DNA of 64,000 bases, from sequence record OP599913.1; one strand, given 5' to 3'. The notes under the pieces are model-generated. The model did no database searches. It saw nothing but the letters and a program-made list of their open reading frames with translations, and had not been told where the DNA came from. The first letter of the stretch is position 1. Each line of letters starts with the position of its first letter. Position numbers and translations under genes: made by a program. Shown here piece by piece: positions 9,396 to 19,318 of this stretch.

Positions 9396-10225
9396 CTGAC
9401 AAACACAACGAAGACTTCCGGGGTAAAGTTCCTGATCATATCCAAGAGATGCACCTGGAGAATGACCTTGGTTGGTTGAAGGACTTGAAAGTCCACGAAC
9501 TGGATGGTAAACTCCTGCTGGGTGAGCCGGGAGAAGAACTCCCCTTTAACGTGAGTCATGTGATTGAAGAGAAGGAATTCGTTCAGAAATGGTTGATTCC
9601 CTTTGCGCTGGGGAATTCCACCGGAGTGAACTACTTCCCCTTCCAGGAATGGTGTTCCTTTACCTTTAACGGAACCCGGTCTGTATTGGTGGTCGCCCGG
9701 GATGCTGAAACCGGTAAATACGAACCGACCCTCTTGGTTCCGCCGATTATTTCCAACTCCCTGACTGCGGATGACCGGTACAAGCTCCGGATGGCCTCGC
9801 TGGCTATTTACAATATCAGTGAAGACAACCGCCAGAAAGAGAACCTGAACGCCAGCTTGAAGGTTGCGAATGCCTTGGCGGATAGCAAAATAGGTCTGGA
9901 AGCTAAACCCACGACCCTGACGGATTTGATTACCCCGACTTTCTTCGAGAAGTTCTCGATCGTTCCGGAAGTGGAGCGCAAGGTTTACTGGATTCGGGAT
10001 GTTATCCGGAAAGGAACTGAAACCAATCCCGATGACCTGACTCGTGCTCGCGCGCTGTTCTTTAAAGAACACAAAGGTGAGACTCTGACTCAGGATGAGT
10101 TGAAATTCCTAAACCAACTGAGTTTAGGGGATTATGAGATTGAAGACCGTCTGGCTGACGCACCGAGTGAACAGGCGGATAACGAATCGCCGGACGATCC
10201 CGACTTCGATCCGTTGGCGTGTTAA
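9392..10225 (+). CDS. Conserved hypothetical protein
   Basis: 277 aa, ATGA coupling, acidic tail ending DPLAC. Confidence 0.6.
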   Translation: MTDKHNEDFRGKVPDHIQEMHLENDLGWLKDLKVHELDGKLLLGEPGEELPFNVSHVIEEKEFVQKWLIPFALGNSTGVNYFPFQEWCSFTFNGTRSVLVVARDAETGKYEPTLLVPPIISNSLTADDRYKLRMASLAIYNISEDNRQKENLNASLKVANALADSKIGLEAKPTTLTDLITPTFFEKFSIVPEVERKVYWIRDVIRKGTETNPDDLTRARALFFKEHKGETLTQDELKFLNQLSLGDYEIEDRLADAPSEQADNESPDDPDFDPLAC

Positions 10226-10247
10226 GGTAGTAAGGGGTAGACTATTC

Positions 10248-11363
10248 ATGCGGATTCTTTGGACTTCCGACCACCATACGCTACACCAGACAACCCCCAC
10301 TACTCATGTACTGGGGAATATGTCGACGTTTTACTTTAAAGATCACGATCTGAACAATATCGATCTGTCGATCTTTGGTGGGGACCTCACAGAACGCATG
10401 GTAGAGGCCCCTAACCCTGATTTCATTAAACTTAAGGAATGGGCCAAGGTTTACCTGAACGCGTGCGACAAGGCCCATACAGCCGTTCTAGTACTGGAAG
10501 GAACCCACTCCCACGACAGGGGTCAGCCTAAACACTTGGAGACGCTGGCTCCCGAGGGAATGGATTTCCGGTATGTGGATGCTTTGTCCATTCAGTATTA
10601 CCCCCAATTCAACAATCTCAGTATTCTCTGTGTTCCTGACAACATGGGAACCCTGACACCTGATGAGATTTGGGACAAGACTGTCGCATTGCTCAATGAA
10701 CACAAACTGAAGCAAGTGGACTTGATTGTGTTTCATGGTGCGTGGGAGCATCAATTGCCGGTCCAGGTACGGCATAAAGCTCACCAGTTAGCCCGATGGG
10801 AAACCATTGTTAAGTACTTCATTCTGTCGGGGCATATCCATGTCCCCTCTGAAGTGGGTAAGATGCGGTGTTCGGGTTCCTTTGACCGTACAGCTCACGG
10901 GGAAGAACACCCGAAAGGGGGGTATTTGGTTGAGCTTGACCTGGAGAAGGAAACCGCTACTTCAACCTTCCAGGAAAACAAGAACGCTCTCCCGTATTTA
11001 ACCCTGAAAGTCAAGGAAGACATTACGACCGAACAATTGGTCTTGGACCTTCAGCAGTTCATCCGTCGGAAGAAACTCCCGTATCACAGCCAAATCCGGA
11101 TCATGGGTGGTGCAGCGGATATCGTTAAACCGGTTATTCGTATCTTTGAGAAAGAATTCCCCTACTTCGGCTTTAAAGCGGAGAATGCGAAAGCCAAAGA
11201 ACAGCATGTTCAAGACGACCTGTTCAGTAACCAAACGTACGATTACCCTCAGTTAACGAAAAAGAACTTGGCATCCGCCCTGTTACCTGAATGTCAAGGA
11301 GTCTTCGAGAAAGAAGGGATCTCTGATGAAGAAGCCTTGAAAGTCCTGGAGGAATTCCTATGA
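10248..11363 (+). CDS. sbcD: SbcD/Mre11-like metallophosphoesterase nuclease
   Basis: Motifs SDHH, GD, LEGTHSHD, VFHG, SGHIH, GSFDR; ATG 10248. Confidence 0.88.
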   Translation: MRILWTSDHHTLHQTTPTTHVLGNMSTFYFKDHDLNNIDLSIFGGDLTERMVEAPNPDFIKLKEWAKVYLNACDKAHTAVLVLEGTHSHDRGQPKHLETLAPEGMDFRYVDALSIQYYPQFNNLSILCVPDNMGTLTPDEIWDKTVALLNEHKLKQVDLIVFHGAWEHQLPVQVRHKAHQLARWETIVKYFILSGHIHVPSEVGKMRCSGSFDRTAHGEEHPKGGYLVELDLEKETATSTFQENKNALPYLTLKVKEDITTEQLVLDLQQFIRRKKLPYHSQIRIMGGAADIVKPVIRIFEKEFPYFGFKAENAKAKEQHVQDDLFSNQTYDYPQLTKKNLASALLPECQGVFEKEGISDEEALKVLEEFL

Positions 11364-12157
11364 GAAGTACAGGTGCTTTAGGAATGTCCGTAGGGACATC
11401 GTTGGCGTTTGAGAGTGATGCGGCTTCCCTAATACGTAATTCAGATACCGTCCTGCTGAACCTTATGACGCTAATACGGAATGCGTATGACGCGTATGAG
11501 ACCAAAGAGGAAAAGGATCAACTGACATCAGATCAACTGGTAGAGGCGGTTACCGGTGATCTGAAGATCCTGGCGAAATGGATGGAAGAGGCGCGTAAAA
11601 GTAAACCGGTTGAACTGGTGGTGTATTATCCCACCTATGTGGGTCTTAAGACTCGTTTCCGTCATGCGGATCTCAAACTCCCTACGACGAAGAATCAAAT
11701 CCGATACGATACCCTCTCGAAAGAGACGGCAAAGAAGCTGTATACGAAATACGAGAAACTGTTGTCTAAGACAGACGTCGGCATGCCTGAATTCAAAGGG
11801 CGGGGTATTGTATTGACGCACCACGTGGTGGACCTCGCGGTATCGAACAGTGTTGGGCGTTTAATACTGTTGGAGTCGTATACGGGTAAAACCAAACCCT
11901 TTACCCAGTGGTACACCAAACTGACGGGAGGAGAGGACCTGTTTTACATGCCATTTAACCGGTTCACTATCCAGATCTTTGGTGACCGTTCAACCAATTT
12001 CATGTCGTCCTCAACAGGGATTAAGGAGCTGGTGAAGAAACTGGCGTTGGATAATAAGTGGACATCCGCCACCACATTGGGACGAATCCGAAGTCATATC
12101 AACAACCTGCCACAAGGGGTAGACCGAGCCGGTCTACAGCTGATGCTGAACGGTTAG
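11360..12157 (+). CDS. Conserved phiKZ gp66-like protein, possible PIN/5'-3' nuclease fold
   Basis: ATGA coupling to SbcD; LTHHVVDL, LLESYTG, IQIFGD motifs. Confidence 0.55.
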   Translation: MRSTGALGMSVGTSLAFESDAASLIRNSDTVLLNLMTLIRNAYDAYETKEEKDQLTSDQLVEAVTGDLKILAKWMEEARKSKPVELVVYYPTYVGLKTRFRHADLKLPTTKNQIRYDTLSKETAKKLYTKYEKLLSKTDVGMPEFKGRGIVLTHHVVDLAVSNSVGRLILLESYTGKTKPFTQWYTKLTGGEDLFYMPFNRFTIQIFGDRSTNFMSSSTGIKELVKKLALDNKWTSATTLGRIRSHINNLPQGVDRAGLQLMLNG

Positions 12158-12226
12158 TATCCCATCTATTCTCACTGAAGATTCTATCTTTATTGGTTAG
12201 GAATTTCGAATTTAAGGTAACCTCTC

Positions 12227-12925
12227 ATGAGTGACAATCAACATCGCAAGTTTACCCCCCGTAAGAAAACCCTCCTGAATGACTGGAAACAGCCTCATCC
12301 AACGACCTTGGAACCTTTGCCGGGAGCGAAGTACCCGGCGCAGGGGATGTTCGAGTGCAAGAACAGTGGGGCGTTTCCCATTGTCTTCAAGATCAACGAC
12401 GGCATCTTTGAGAAAGGTTCCAACAGTAACCACAAAGAAGTCGAACTGAACTATTCGGATCGGGGTGCGCTCTTCGAAGCGATTATCGAGGCCTCGAATG
12501 ATGCGAACTTTGGGTTCCGTCAGATCCCGATTTCGAAGAAGCAGATGATCTTCTCGGGTGGCAGCGCGCGTCAATCGGAGAACCCGATTGTTCAAGCGAC
12601 CTTTACCATCATCCGGGATAAGAACGGTGTGATCCACCTGGGGTATACCAAAGGGGATTACAAAGTCCCGCTGGTCTTCCGAGGTTCCAACTTCACGACG
12701 GTATACGTCAAGAATGAAGCCGGTGAACGCGTTGAAGACCAGGGCCTGATGTCCCGTTGGGTAGCTCGGGCCTGGGTGCGTTTCCACCAGGATCTCCTGA
12801 ATGAGATCGAGCAGGCAGCCTGGGAGCCTCCGAAACCGCGTGACGGTGGGGCAAACAACAACCGACAGTCTTCCAATGACTCCGGTTCGACCACCCACGA
12901 TGACTTCGATGACGTGGAATTCTAA
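12227..12925 (+). CDS. Single-stranded nucleic acid-binding protein, ChmC-like (phiKZ gp67 position)
   Basis: Beta-rich core, disordered G/N/S linker and acidic tail DDFDDVEF; directly upstream of gp68-like gene. Confidence 0.6.
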   Translation: MSDNQHRKFTPRKKTLLNDWKQPHPTTLEPLPGAKYPAQGMFECKNSGAFPIVFKINDGIFEKGSNSNHKEVELNYSDRGALFEAIIEASNDANFGFRQIPISKKQMIFSGGSARQSENPIVQATFTIIRDKNGVIHLGYTKGDYKVPLVFRGSNFTTVYVKNEAGERVEDQGLMSRWVARAWVRFHQDLLNEIEQAAWEPPKPRDGGANNNRQSSNDSGSTTHDDFDDVEF

Positions 12926-12927
12926 TT

Positions 12928-12971
12928 AGACCAAGAAGGGTAGGAGGGGCAACCCCTCCTACCCGGTCTAT
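12928..12971 (+). terminator. Intrinsic terminator
   Basis: 12-bp stem GGGTAGGAGGGG/CCCCTCCTACCC. Confidence 0.75.
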
Positions 12972-12991
12972 TCGTTTGGTTAGAATATTTT

Positions 12992-13004
12992 AAACCTACA
13001 TTAT
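12992..13004 (+). promoter_or_regulatory. Putative phage early promoter
   Basis: AAACCTACATTAT, right after a terminator. Confidence 0.55.
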
Positions 13005-13042
13005 CTTCCCGTAATCCTGGACTATTCTGTTTGGAGTGAACC

Positions 13043-14596
13043 ATGTTTAACATCGAAGTTAAGCGGAAATCCAAGAAAACGATTAAAGCCATCATTGTTT
13101 CGTTGAATGAGAAGAGCCTCCGCTTTAACGGTGATGCAACAATCAAACTTGAACGGGTGATTAAAGAAAAGGATGCGAGTGATCCTAATCTCTTCAGTTG
13201 TTTCAACGAGTATGTAGAAAATATCTTCGATACGGATAAGAAGATTGAACTCTTTAAGTTGTATGAAAAGGCGTATCAGATTGCTGAAAGTCCCACGTAT
13301 AAGGACTACCGGGTTGAAATCGCTGAAATTAAACCGATTATCAATGCTATTCTAAACCTCATTGATATTCCCAAGTACTGTAGTTTCATCCAATATTCCG
13401 AACACATGGTCGTCCCTCCTGACCTGAGCGTTGCCTCCAGTAAAGGGGATTACCCAGAACAAACAACCATTACGGATTACGACTATAAAGAGTTGGTTAA
13501 GCTGACCTTTGTGATCCGTTCGGTTTATCCGATCATCTTCTCGTTAATTGCTCGCTTCGATGCGGCAATGGGAACAGGGTACAGTGAGCAGGTGTGTGGG
13601 AGTCTGATTAAAGATAACGCCCACATCGTTAACCTGTATGGGTGGAAGAAACTTCAGACCTATGTGAACTTTGCCTTTGGTAAACGGGGCATACCCCAGC
13701 AAGCAGACAGTATTGGGAGTGTGGAGTATTTCGTGGAGCGGGTGCTGTATGACACCCTCTTCTCCCGGCTGTGCTGTGCAGTGATCCCCGAGACCGAAGA
13801 AGGGAAACACTTGGCCACCGCCATTAACGCTTCAGTACGTCATCATGGATCGATTGGGGGAGGGTTTAAAGCCAAGGATGGTCGGGAAGGTGAGGATGAT
13901 AAGCGGTCCCTGTTGGAACGGTATCATATCAACGAAGAGATCAAGGCGGCAAATGAAACCGTAGACGCTGAGTATTTCAGTTTAGGGTTGTTTGACGAGA
14001 ATGACAATGAACGGTATGTGGATCGGTTCAAGATCCCGTGTCTGGGGCTGGGTATACAGAATCCCCAGCTGGTGGAACAGGTCTACGACAACATGCCCCC
14101 GAACTGGGACATCACGTTGGATAATCACGTCATCACGTTGCTTCAGCTGACGTTCGTCGATGCGATTTCTCCTATGATCTTCTGGAGTTGTGACGGGCAT
14201 CAACTGCGGGCAGCCATTGCCTTGGCTCAGGTCCGTTTGAGCGAACAAGGGTATCATTACCTTCCGTCGGTACTGGGAGCGAGTAATAATCCCGGAGGCA
14301 TGCGATCCCTTTCGGATGGTTTGCGGTTGAACACCGAAGATAAAGAATTCCTGGTCAGTATTTGTGACATCCAAAGTCGTAATGACGAAGGACGGTCCTT
14401 TAATGAAGCGGTGGAGGTCGCGACGGAGTTCTTGGAAACCTTTGGGAATGGGCAATGGAAATCGAACCTGGAATATGGGGTGTTGGATGATCCTGAAGTC
14501 TATCAACGGGTAGAACGTGCGGCCTTGTTCGACCTGGAGATTGATTTGGAAATCAAGAATGAGTTCATGCGGTTAGTTAGACAAGTCAATACCTGA
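13043..14596 (+). CDS. nvRNAP promoter-specificity (sigma-like) subunit, phiKZ gp68-like
   Basis: 517 aa, position in the gp67-68-69-70 block. Confidence 0.65.
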   Translation: MFNIEVKRKSKKTIKAIIVSLNEKSLRFNGDATIKLERVIKEKDASDPNLFSCFNEYVENIFDTDKKIELFKLYEKAYQIAESPTYKDYRVEIAEIKPIINAILNLIDIPKYCSFIQYSEHMVVPPDLSVASSKGDYPEQTTITDYDYKELVKLTFVIRSVYPIIFSLIARFDAAMGTGYSEQVCGSLIKDNAHIVNLYGWKKLQTYVNFAFGKRGIPQQADSIGSVEYFVERVLYDTLFSRLCCAVIPETEEGKHLATAINASVRHHGSIGGGFKAKDGREGEDDKRSLLERYHINEEIKAANETVDAEYFSLGLFDENDNERYVDRFKIPCLGLGIQNPQLVEQVYDNMPPNWDITLDNHVITLLQLTFVDAISPMIFWSCDGHQLRAAIALAQVRLSEQGYHYLPSVLGASNNPGGMRSLSDGLRLNTEDKEFLVSICDIQSRNDEGRSFNEAVEVATEFLETFGNGQWKSNLEYGVLDDPEVYQRVERAALFDLEIDLEIKNEFMRLVRQVNT

Positions 14597-14630
14597 AAGT
14601 ATCATCCGTAACTAGACAGAGGAAACAAAC

Positions 14631-16067
14631 ATGTCCGAAATGTTGGTGACATTGACCCGAGCCATCTTTGGCATGGGAAATAGCAACCACGATCACGTTC
14701 ATCGTCATAACCAACTCAACCTGGACAGTACTGAGGTGGATGATCTCATCATGGAACAAGTCAATGGAGGTGTCACCGCAGGTACCCTGAACCGCATTGC
14801 TGCCTCCAGCGGTAACTTGTCCCAGCGCCCTCAGGGTTACGTCTCCGTCGAAGAAGGCTTCGGTGTACGGCGGGGAATTGGACAACTCACGTTCGTTATT
14901 GAAAGCAATTCGAACTTCCATTCGGAAATGTGTGTGGTGGGGTATCTCTTTGGAGGCACTGCGTCGGAACAAGGTATCTCGGATGACACCATGTTCGTTC
15001 CGGTACGGACTTGGTCAACCTTGACGACCAACACCCATGACAGTCAAGGCTTCCCGATGACCAAGCGGATGATCGACAGTTCCCACCAGTTCCTCATGGG
15101 ATCGGTGGATCAGAACAAAGACCTGAAAGCCGTACGTCCGTTGGATGTTGGGAATGAAGCCTTGGGGTTTGCCGCCAGTGAAGAAGATGGTTCTGAGATG
15201 ATGTATTCCGGGACGGTGGGGAGCGACCTCAAGAACAACACCTTGATGTCGAAGACCCTCAACCTCAACCCCACGCATTATTCCCGGGAGTTGCTCAAAC
15301 TGGCCACCAATGCAGGGTTCCACTCCTCCAATGGCAGTTCGTTGGAAGTGGAACTGTCCAACGGATTGATCGGCGAATCGATTGGAGAGCTTTCTCCGCT
15401 CGAAAACCCTTTCATGCGGGCGATGATGCAATCCACCGGTCAGTACATGCTGGGTGGTTTCCAGGGATTCAGTATTGGGGAAATCTATCAGGTCTTCGAT
15501 AACCTGTTGGATGTCATGAACCTCAACCTGTTGAATCCCAGTTCCTTTGCAGAAGACAACACCTTGCTCACCAGCAGTGAATATGGCTCTGCGGGTAACC
15601 ATGAGGTGATTGCTACGGAACTGGCGATGATGTCGGTTCACTTGATGTTGCAGTGCGGTCTCTCCAGCCTACGGTTCTCCGCCACCAATAACCTCATGGA
15701 ATATAGCACGATCATGGATGATGGTGTGGGTGTCGCTTTCGTCATCGGTGAAGCCATGTCCATGTTGGACAATGACATGTTCGTGGAAAACCGGGTGGAG
15801 GACTTCAAGCGTCTGATCGCCCAACACTTCTTCTCGAAATACTCGGGTCCTCATGTTCATTTGAGAACCTTGATGAATATTGAGGTGGAGTGCTACATGT
15901 TTGGTGAGATCGTTATTACGATTGCGTTCAATGGGGAAGACAACGAGAAAACCTTCACCAACGCCACCTACTACATTAATCATACCAGTAGCAGCATTGC
16001 CGGTAATGAAAACGGCCTGTTGGAAGCCAAGAACTTCCTGACTGGTATTCGTGAATACTTCAGCTAA
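14631..16067 (+). CDS. Phage-nucleus protein import factor PicA/Imp1-like (phiKZ gp69 position)
   Basis: 478 aa; synteny after gp68-like gene; no motif-level proof. Confidence 0.55.
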   Translation: MSEMLVTLTRAIFGMGNSNHDHVHRHNQLNLDSTEVDDLIMEQVNGGVTAGTLNRIAASSGNLSQRPQGYVSVEEGFGVRRGIGQLTFVIESNSNFHSEMCVVGYLFGGTASEQGISDDTMFVPVRTWSTLTTNTHDSQGFPMTKRMIDSSHQFLMGSVDQNKDLKAVRPLDVGNEALGFAASEEDGSEMMYSGTVGSDLKNNTLMSKTLNLNPTHYSRELLKLATNAGFHSSNGSSLEVELSNGLIGESIGELSPLENPFMRAMMQSTGQYMLGGFQGFSIGEIYQVFDNLLDVMNLNLLNPSSFAEDNTLLTSSEYGSAGNHEVIATELAMMSVHLMLQCGLSSLRFSATNNLMEYSTIMDDGVGVAFVIGEAMSMLDNDMFVENRVEDFKRLIAQHFFSKYSGPHVHLRTLMNIEVECYMFGEIVITIAFNGEDNEKTFTNATYYINHTSSSIAGNENGLLEAKNFLTGIREYFS

Positions 16068-16081
16068 GAGGATAACCGCTC

Positions 16082-17518
16082 ATGCACGAAACCAATGAAC
16101 TGAACAAACTGTACGAAGCGATGTGTTTGTCGTGGGGGGCGCAGGTTAAGGAACAGGGACGACTCGTCTTTATGATCGATGGGGAAGAATTCCCACTCCG
16201 TATTGATGGGATGACCCTCCACCTGCCGCTGAGCGAAGTCCTGGACGGGAACTGTGTGGATAAGGTCTTCTTCCACCCTGCCTGTGAAAACATCGTGTCG
16301 AAAGAAACGGAAGTGTTCAAGATCATCCGGCGGATGACCTGTATGAAACTGCTGGATACCTTCCGTCGTATTCCGATGGTGTTGTTCACCGTCGCCGGCC
16401 ATAAGCCCAAGAGTACCTGGAACCAACGTATCCATGACATGCTGGAACCCCTTAAAGGTGCCAAGCGTGCGGTACGGGATGAACTCAATGCGTTGTTCAG
16501 CCGTATGCATGTGGAAGTGGAAGAGAATGGGTTGGATAACCGTTTCATTCACTTCAAGGTATCTAAGGGTGGCGGTACCAGCAAGACCACGGGTCAACGG
16601 ATCTATTACAAGACCCGCCCGGAGTTTCCGTTCTATACGGAAATCGTTCGTCGTCTGGCACGTTCAGATGGTCAATCGGATAACCAGACCATTGAAATCA
16701 ATAACCACACGGTCTCCAGAGCAGCACTTCGTCTGGCCGCCCATATCTTCCAGAACGTCCTCCCGGCGGTGAACAGTCCCAGTGACTATGAGTTTGAATC
16801 GACTTCCCCGGTGGCGTCTCGTCTAGTGTCCTACATGGGGTGCTATGCGGAAATCGCGGATCAATTGAATAAGATCCAGAATACCTTCCGATCTGATTTC
16901 GATAAAGTCGGGTTGTACCCGATTGATCTGAGCTGGACGGAACGCCTGGAAGAACTGCCAGATATCTATCGTCAAGTCCCGGTACTGGATTACAACAGCC
17001 ACAACACCCATGATGAAGTCCAGCATCAAGCAGTGAGTCGGAATGACATGGGTGGTCTGCTGTCGGTTACCAGTACCAACCAACAGGGTGTTTCTCAACA
17101 TCAATCTCAACAGCAGCACGTTGCCGGAATGAACGGGGACTATGACGTATCACCTCCGCAGATGCAAGCGGGTGACCGGTATGTCCGTACTGAGATCGAT
17201 TATGTCGGTCAGCGTGTCCTCCACCATGCGGTTAACCAAACCACCAATAACCCGGTCGTCTACATCTGTAGTCGTAAAGGGAACTTCCTGCAACGCTCTG
17301 AAACCAACATGATGCTTCAGCAAATGGGTATGTTGGGTGGGATGGGTGGTATGATGGGTGGAACGATGCTGGCCAATGGGATGGTTCAACTGCCGAACGG
17401 TATGATCGTGAATCCGCAGATGATGGGGGGTGTTTCGATGCCTACACCTACCGCCGCGCCGAGTGTATATCCGGATGCTGGTATGGGGTTTGACCTGGGA
17501 GCCCCAGGTATCTTCTAA
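16082..17518 (+). CDS. Conserved core protein (phiKZ gp70-like) with Met/Gly/Gln low-complexity tail
   Basis: 478 aa, GAGGA RBS, synteny. Confidence 0.6.
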   Translation: MHETNELNKLYEAMCLSWGAQVKEQGRLVFMIDGEEFPLRIDGMTLHLPLSEVLDGNCVDKVFFHPACENIVSKETEVFKIIRRMTCMKLLDTFRRIPMVLFTVAGHKPKSTWNQRIHDMLEPLKGAKRAVRDELNALFSRMHVEVEENGLDNRFIHFKVSKGGGTSKTTGQRIYYKTRPEFPFYTEIVRRLARSDGQSDNQTIEINNHTVSRAALRLAAHIFQNVLPAVNSPSDYEFESTSPVASRLVSYMGCYAEIADQLNKIQNTFRSDFDKVGLYPIDLSWTERLEELPDIYRQVPVLDYNSHNTHDEVQHQAVSRNDMGGLLSVTSTNQQGVSQHQSQQQHVAGMNGDYDVSPPQMQAGDRYVRTEIDYVGQRVLHHAVNQTTNNPVVYICSRKGNFLQRSETNMMLQQMGMLGGMGGMMGGTMLANGMVQLPNGMIVNPQMMGGVSMPTPTAAPSVYPDAGMGFDLGAPGIF

Positions 17519-17534
17519 GCAACCATAACCTTAC

Positions 17535-17572
17535 CAGTACCTAGCGGGATGTCCCGCTAGGTACTGTATTTT
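17535..17572. terminator. Bidirectional terminator
   Basis: 15-bp stem CAGTACCTAGCGGGA/TCCCGCTAGGTACTG between convergent genes. Confidence 0.8.
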
Positions 17573-17593
17573 CTCTATTTTATTCCAGTATTT

Positions 17594-17923
17594 TTACGCT
17601 TGGGTCGTATTACTACGTGCAACGGCCTGGGTCAAATGGGCCTCGTCAATTATCTTGTAACTTTGCATGCCCGCACAATCCATAAAGGGATCTTCAATCC
17701 CATTCAGATAGGCAGTGACCCACAGCATATGGTTTTCAACCCCTTGAACCCTCAAGAATCGATAGAAGTCATACCGATAAGCGTACAGTTGTGCGTGAGA
17801 GACGATTGGAATCTCCTGGGTTTGACGGAGGAGTATTTCCCGTTCGGACCGCACCAAGACTTTGAACCGTTCAGTAAAGAAGAAATCACGTCCTTCACTG
17901 AAGTTAACAATAGACAGTGGCAT
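17594..17923 (-). CDS. Small conserved protein, possibly baseplate wedge/LysM-like
   Basis: 109 aa, AAGGA RBS on minus strand; WVTAYLNGI pattern. Confidence 0.5.
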   Translation of the reverse strand: MPLSIVNFSEGRDFFFTERFKVLVRSEREILLRQTQEIPIVSHAQLYAYRYDFYRFLRVQGVENHMLWVTAYLNGIEDPFMDCAGMQSYKIIDEAHLTQAVARSNTTQA

Positions 17924-17958
17924 GGAGAAGATCCTTATCGATGCAGCTAACCATTTTT

Positions 17959-17971
17959 GAACCTATATTAT
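17959..17971 (+). promoter_or_regulatory. Putative phage early promoter upstream of tnpB
   Basis: GAACCTATATTAT, 30 nt before the ATG. Confidence 0.55.
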
Positions 17972-18001
17972 TTCTGTGACCCAACATAAGGAATTATCCC
18001 A

Positions 18002-19144
18002 ATGGAATACTTAACGACCCAACGAAGTCGATTGTATCCCAACCTGGATACTCGTCTGGTATTAAACAAAACCATAGGGTGTTCACGTTTCATATGGAAC
18101 GCTCTACTGGGTAATCATAAGGAAGAATACGGTCTTTGGGTAGAGGATCCAGAAACTCATCCTAAACCGAGTTGTTCTTTAAGTTCCTTTAATCAAAAGC
18201 TGAATGAGCTTAAAGTTGAATACCCCTGGTTAAATGAGGTCAGTTCTGTTGCTTTACAACAAACAGTTCTTCATTTAACCAAGGCTTTTAGTGAGTTCTT
18301 CCAGGGTATTCATGGTTATCCAAAATTTAAATCTAAACGAGATCCCGGTGGATTTAACCTCAGTAGTGCAGCGGGAACTTTAGCCAAGGACGGCAAGATT
18401 CGAATCCCCAAGATAAAGGGATACACCACCTGTCGACCTAAGCTCCCGTTGGATCAGGAAATTAGGAACTACAGCATTGTCAAAGACCGAGTTGGGAATT
18501 ACTTTGTCAATTGCTTAGTAACTAAACCTTGTCTACCGAATACGGCTAAAGGTCAAGGACTGGTGGGGGTTGATCTGGGGATTAAATCCTTAGCGGTGGC
18601 GAAGCGGTCTACAGGTGAAATCTTTACCTTGGAGAATCCTCGAACCTACATGAAGTACCACCGTAGACGTGTACGACTTCAACGGCGATTAGCCAAGAAA
18701 CAGAAAGGGAGTCAAAACCGTAATAAAGCTAGAATTAAACTGGCCAAACTAGAACGTAAGGTCGGCAATATTCGCAAGAACACCCTGGATACCTTCACCT
18801 CTAAACTGATTAGCGAAAACCAAGTAATCAGTATTGAGGATTTGAATGTTAAAGGGATGCTGAAAAACAGCCGGTTGGCTAAGCATATCCAAGACTGTGG
18901 ATTTAGCACCCTCCGGAGGATGTTGGAACACAAGGCTAAACGGTATGAATCACCGGTTATTATTAGCCTGGTCCATCGATTTTACCCCAGCACCCAGTGT
19001 TGTTCAGCGTGTGGTATTAAACGTGAGATCAAACTGACCCTTAATGACCGGGAATGGACCTGCGCTGAATGCGGGACCTCTCACGACAGAGACATCAATG
19101 CTGCAACGAATATCCTGTATGAAGGACTTCGGTTAGTGGTCTGA
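18002..19144 (+). CDS. tnpB: TnpB RNA-guided endonuclease (IS200/IS605-type), no tnpA
   Basis: N-terminal RLYP...G..RFIWN; RuvC-I GVDLG, RuvC-II IEDL, Zn finger CSACG...CAECG, RuvC-III DRDINAA all intact. Confidence 0.93.
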   Translation: MEYLTTQRSRLYPNLDTRLVLNKTIGCSRFIWNALLGNHKEEYGLWVEDPETHPKPSCSLSSFNQKLNELKVEYPWLNEVSSVALQQTVLHLTKAFSEFFQGIHGYPKFKSKRDPGGFNLSSAAGTLAKDGKIRIPKIKGYTTCRPKLPLDQEIRNYSIVKDRVGNYFVNCLVTKPCLPNTAKGQGLVGVDLGIKSLAVAKRSTGEIFTLENPRTYMKYHRRRVRLQRRLAKKQKGSQNRNKARIKLAKLERKVGNIRKNTLDTFTSKLISENQVISIEDLNVKGMLKNSRLAKHIQDCGFSTLRRMLEHKAKRYESPVIISLVHRFYPSTQCCSACGIKREIKLTLNDREWTCAECGTSHDRDINAATNILYEGLRLVV

Positions 19145-19149
19145 TAGAA

Positions 19150-19310
19150 AATTTACTCTTTGGAGTAACTACCGAAGCCTACTCGGGATGTTAAGCCTGT
19201 GGAGCATCAGTGCGGTTAAGCTGAGCAATGAAGCAGGAAGTTTGAGGTTAAAACATTGGGATAAAGACAGTTTTAACTCTTTATTGAAAAGACTGCTGTT
19301 GACTGTAATG
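19150..19310 (+). ncRNA. Putative omega-RNA (scaffold plus guide) of TnpB; boundaries approximate
   Basis: ACTACCGAA...GCCTGTGGAG (19195)...TGAAGCAGGAAG (19229) typical of TnpB 3' RNAs, then stem GAGGTTAAAAC/GTTTTAACTC. Confidence 0.65.
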
Positions 19311-19318
19311 GAGCCGTT

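Noticed and set aside
19270-19294. GTTTTAACTCTTTATTGAAAAGAC looks like a CRISPR repeat
   Set aside because: Single copy, no array; better explained as the omega-RNA 3' stem
17924-19318. Complete IS200/IS605 or IS607 transposon
   Set aside because: No tnpA and no recognisable left-end or canonical right-end hairpin
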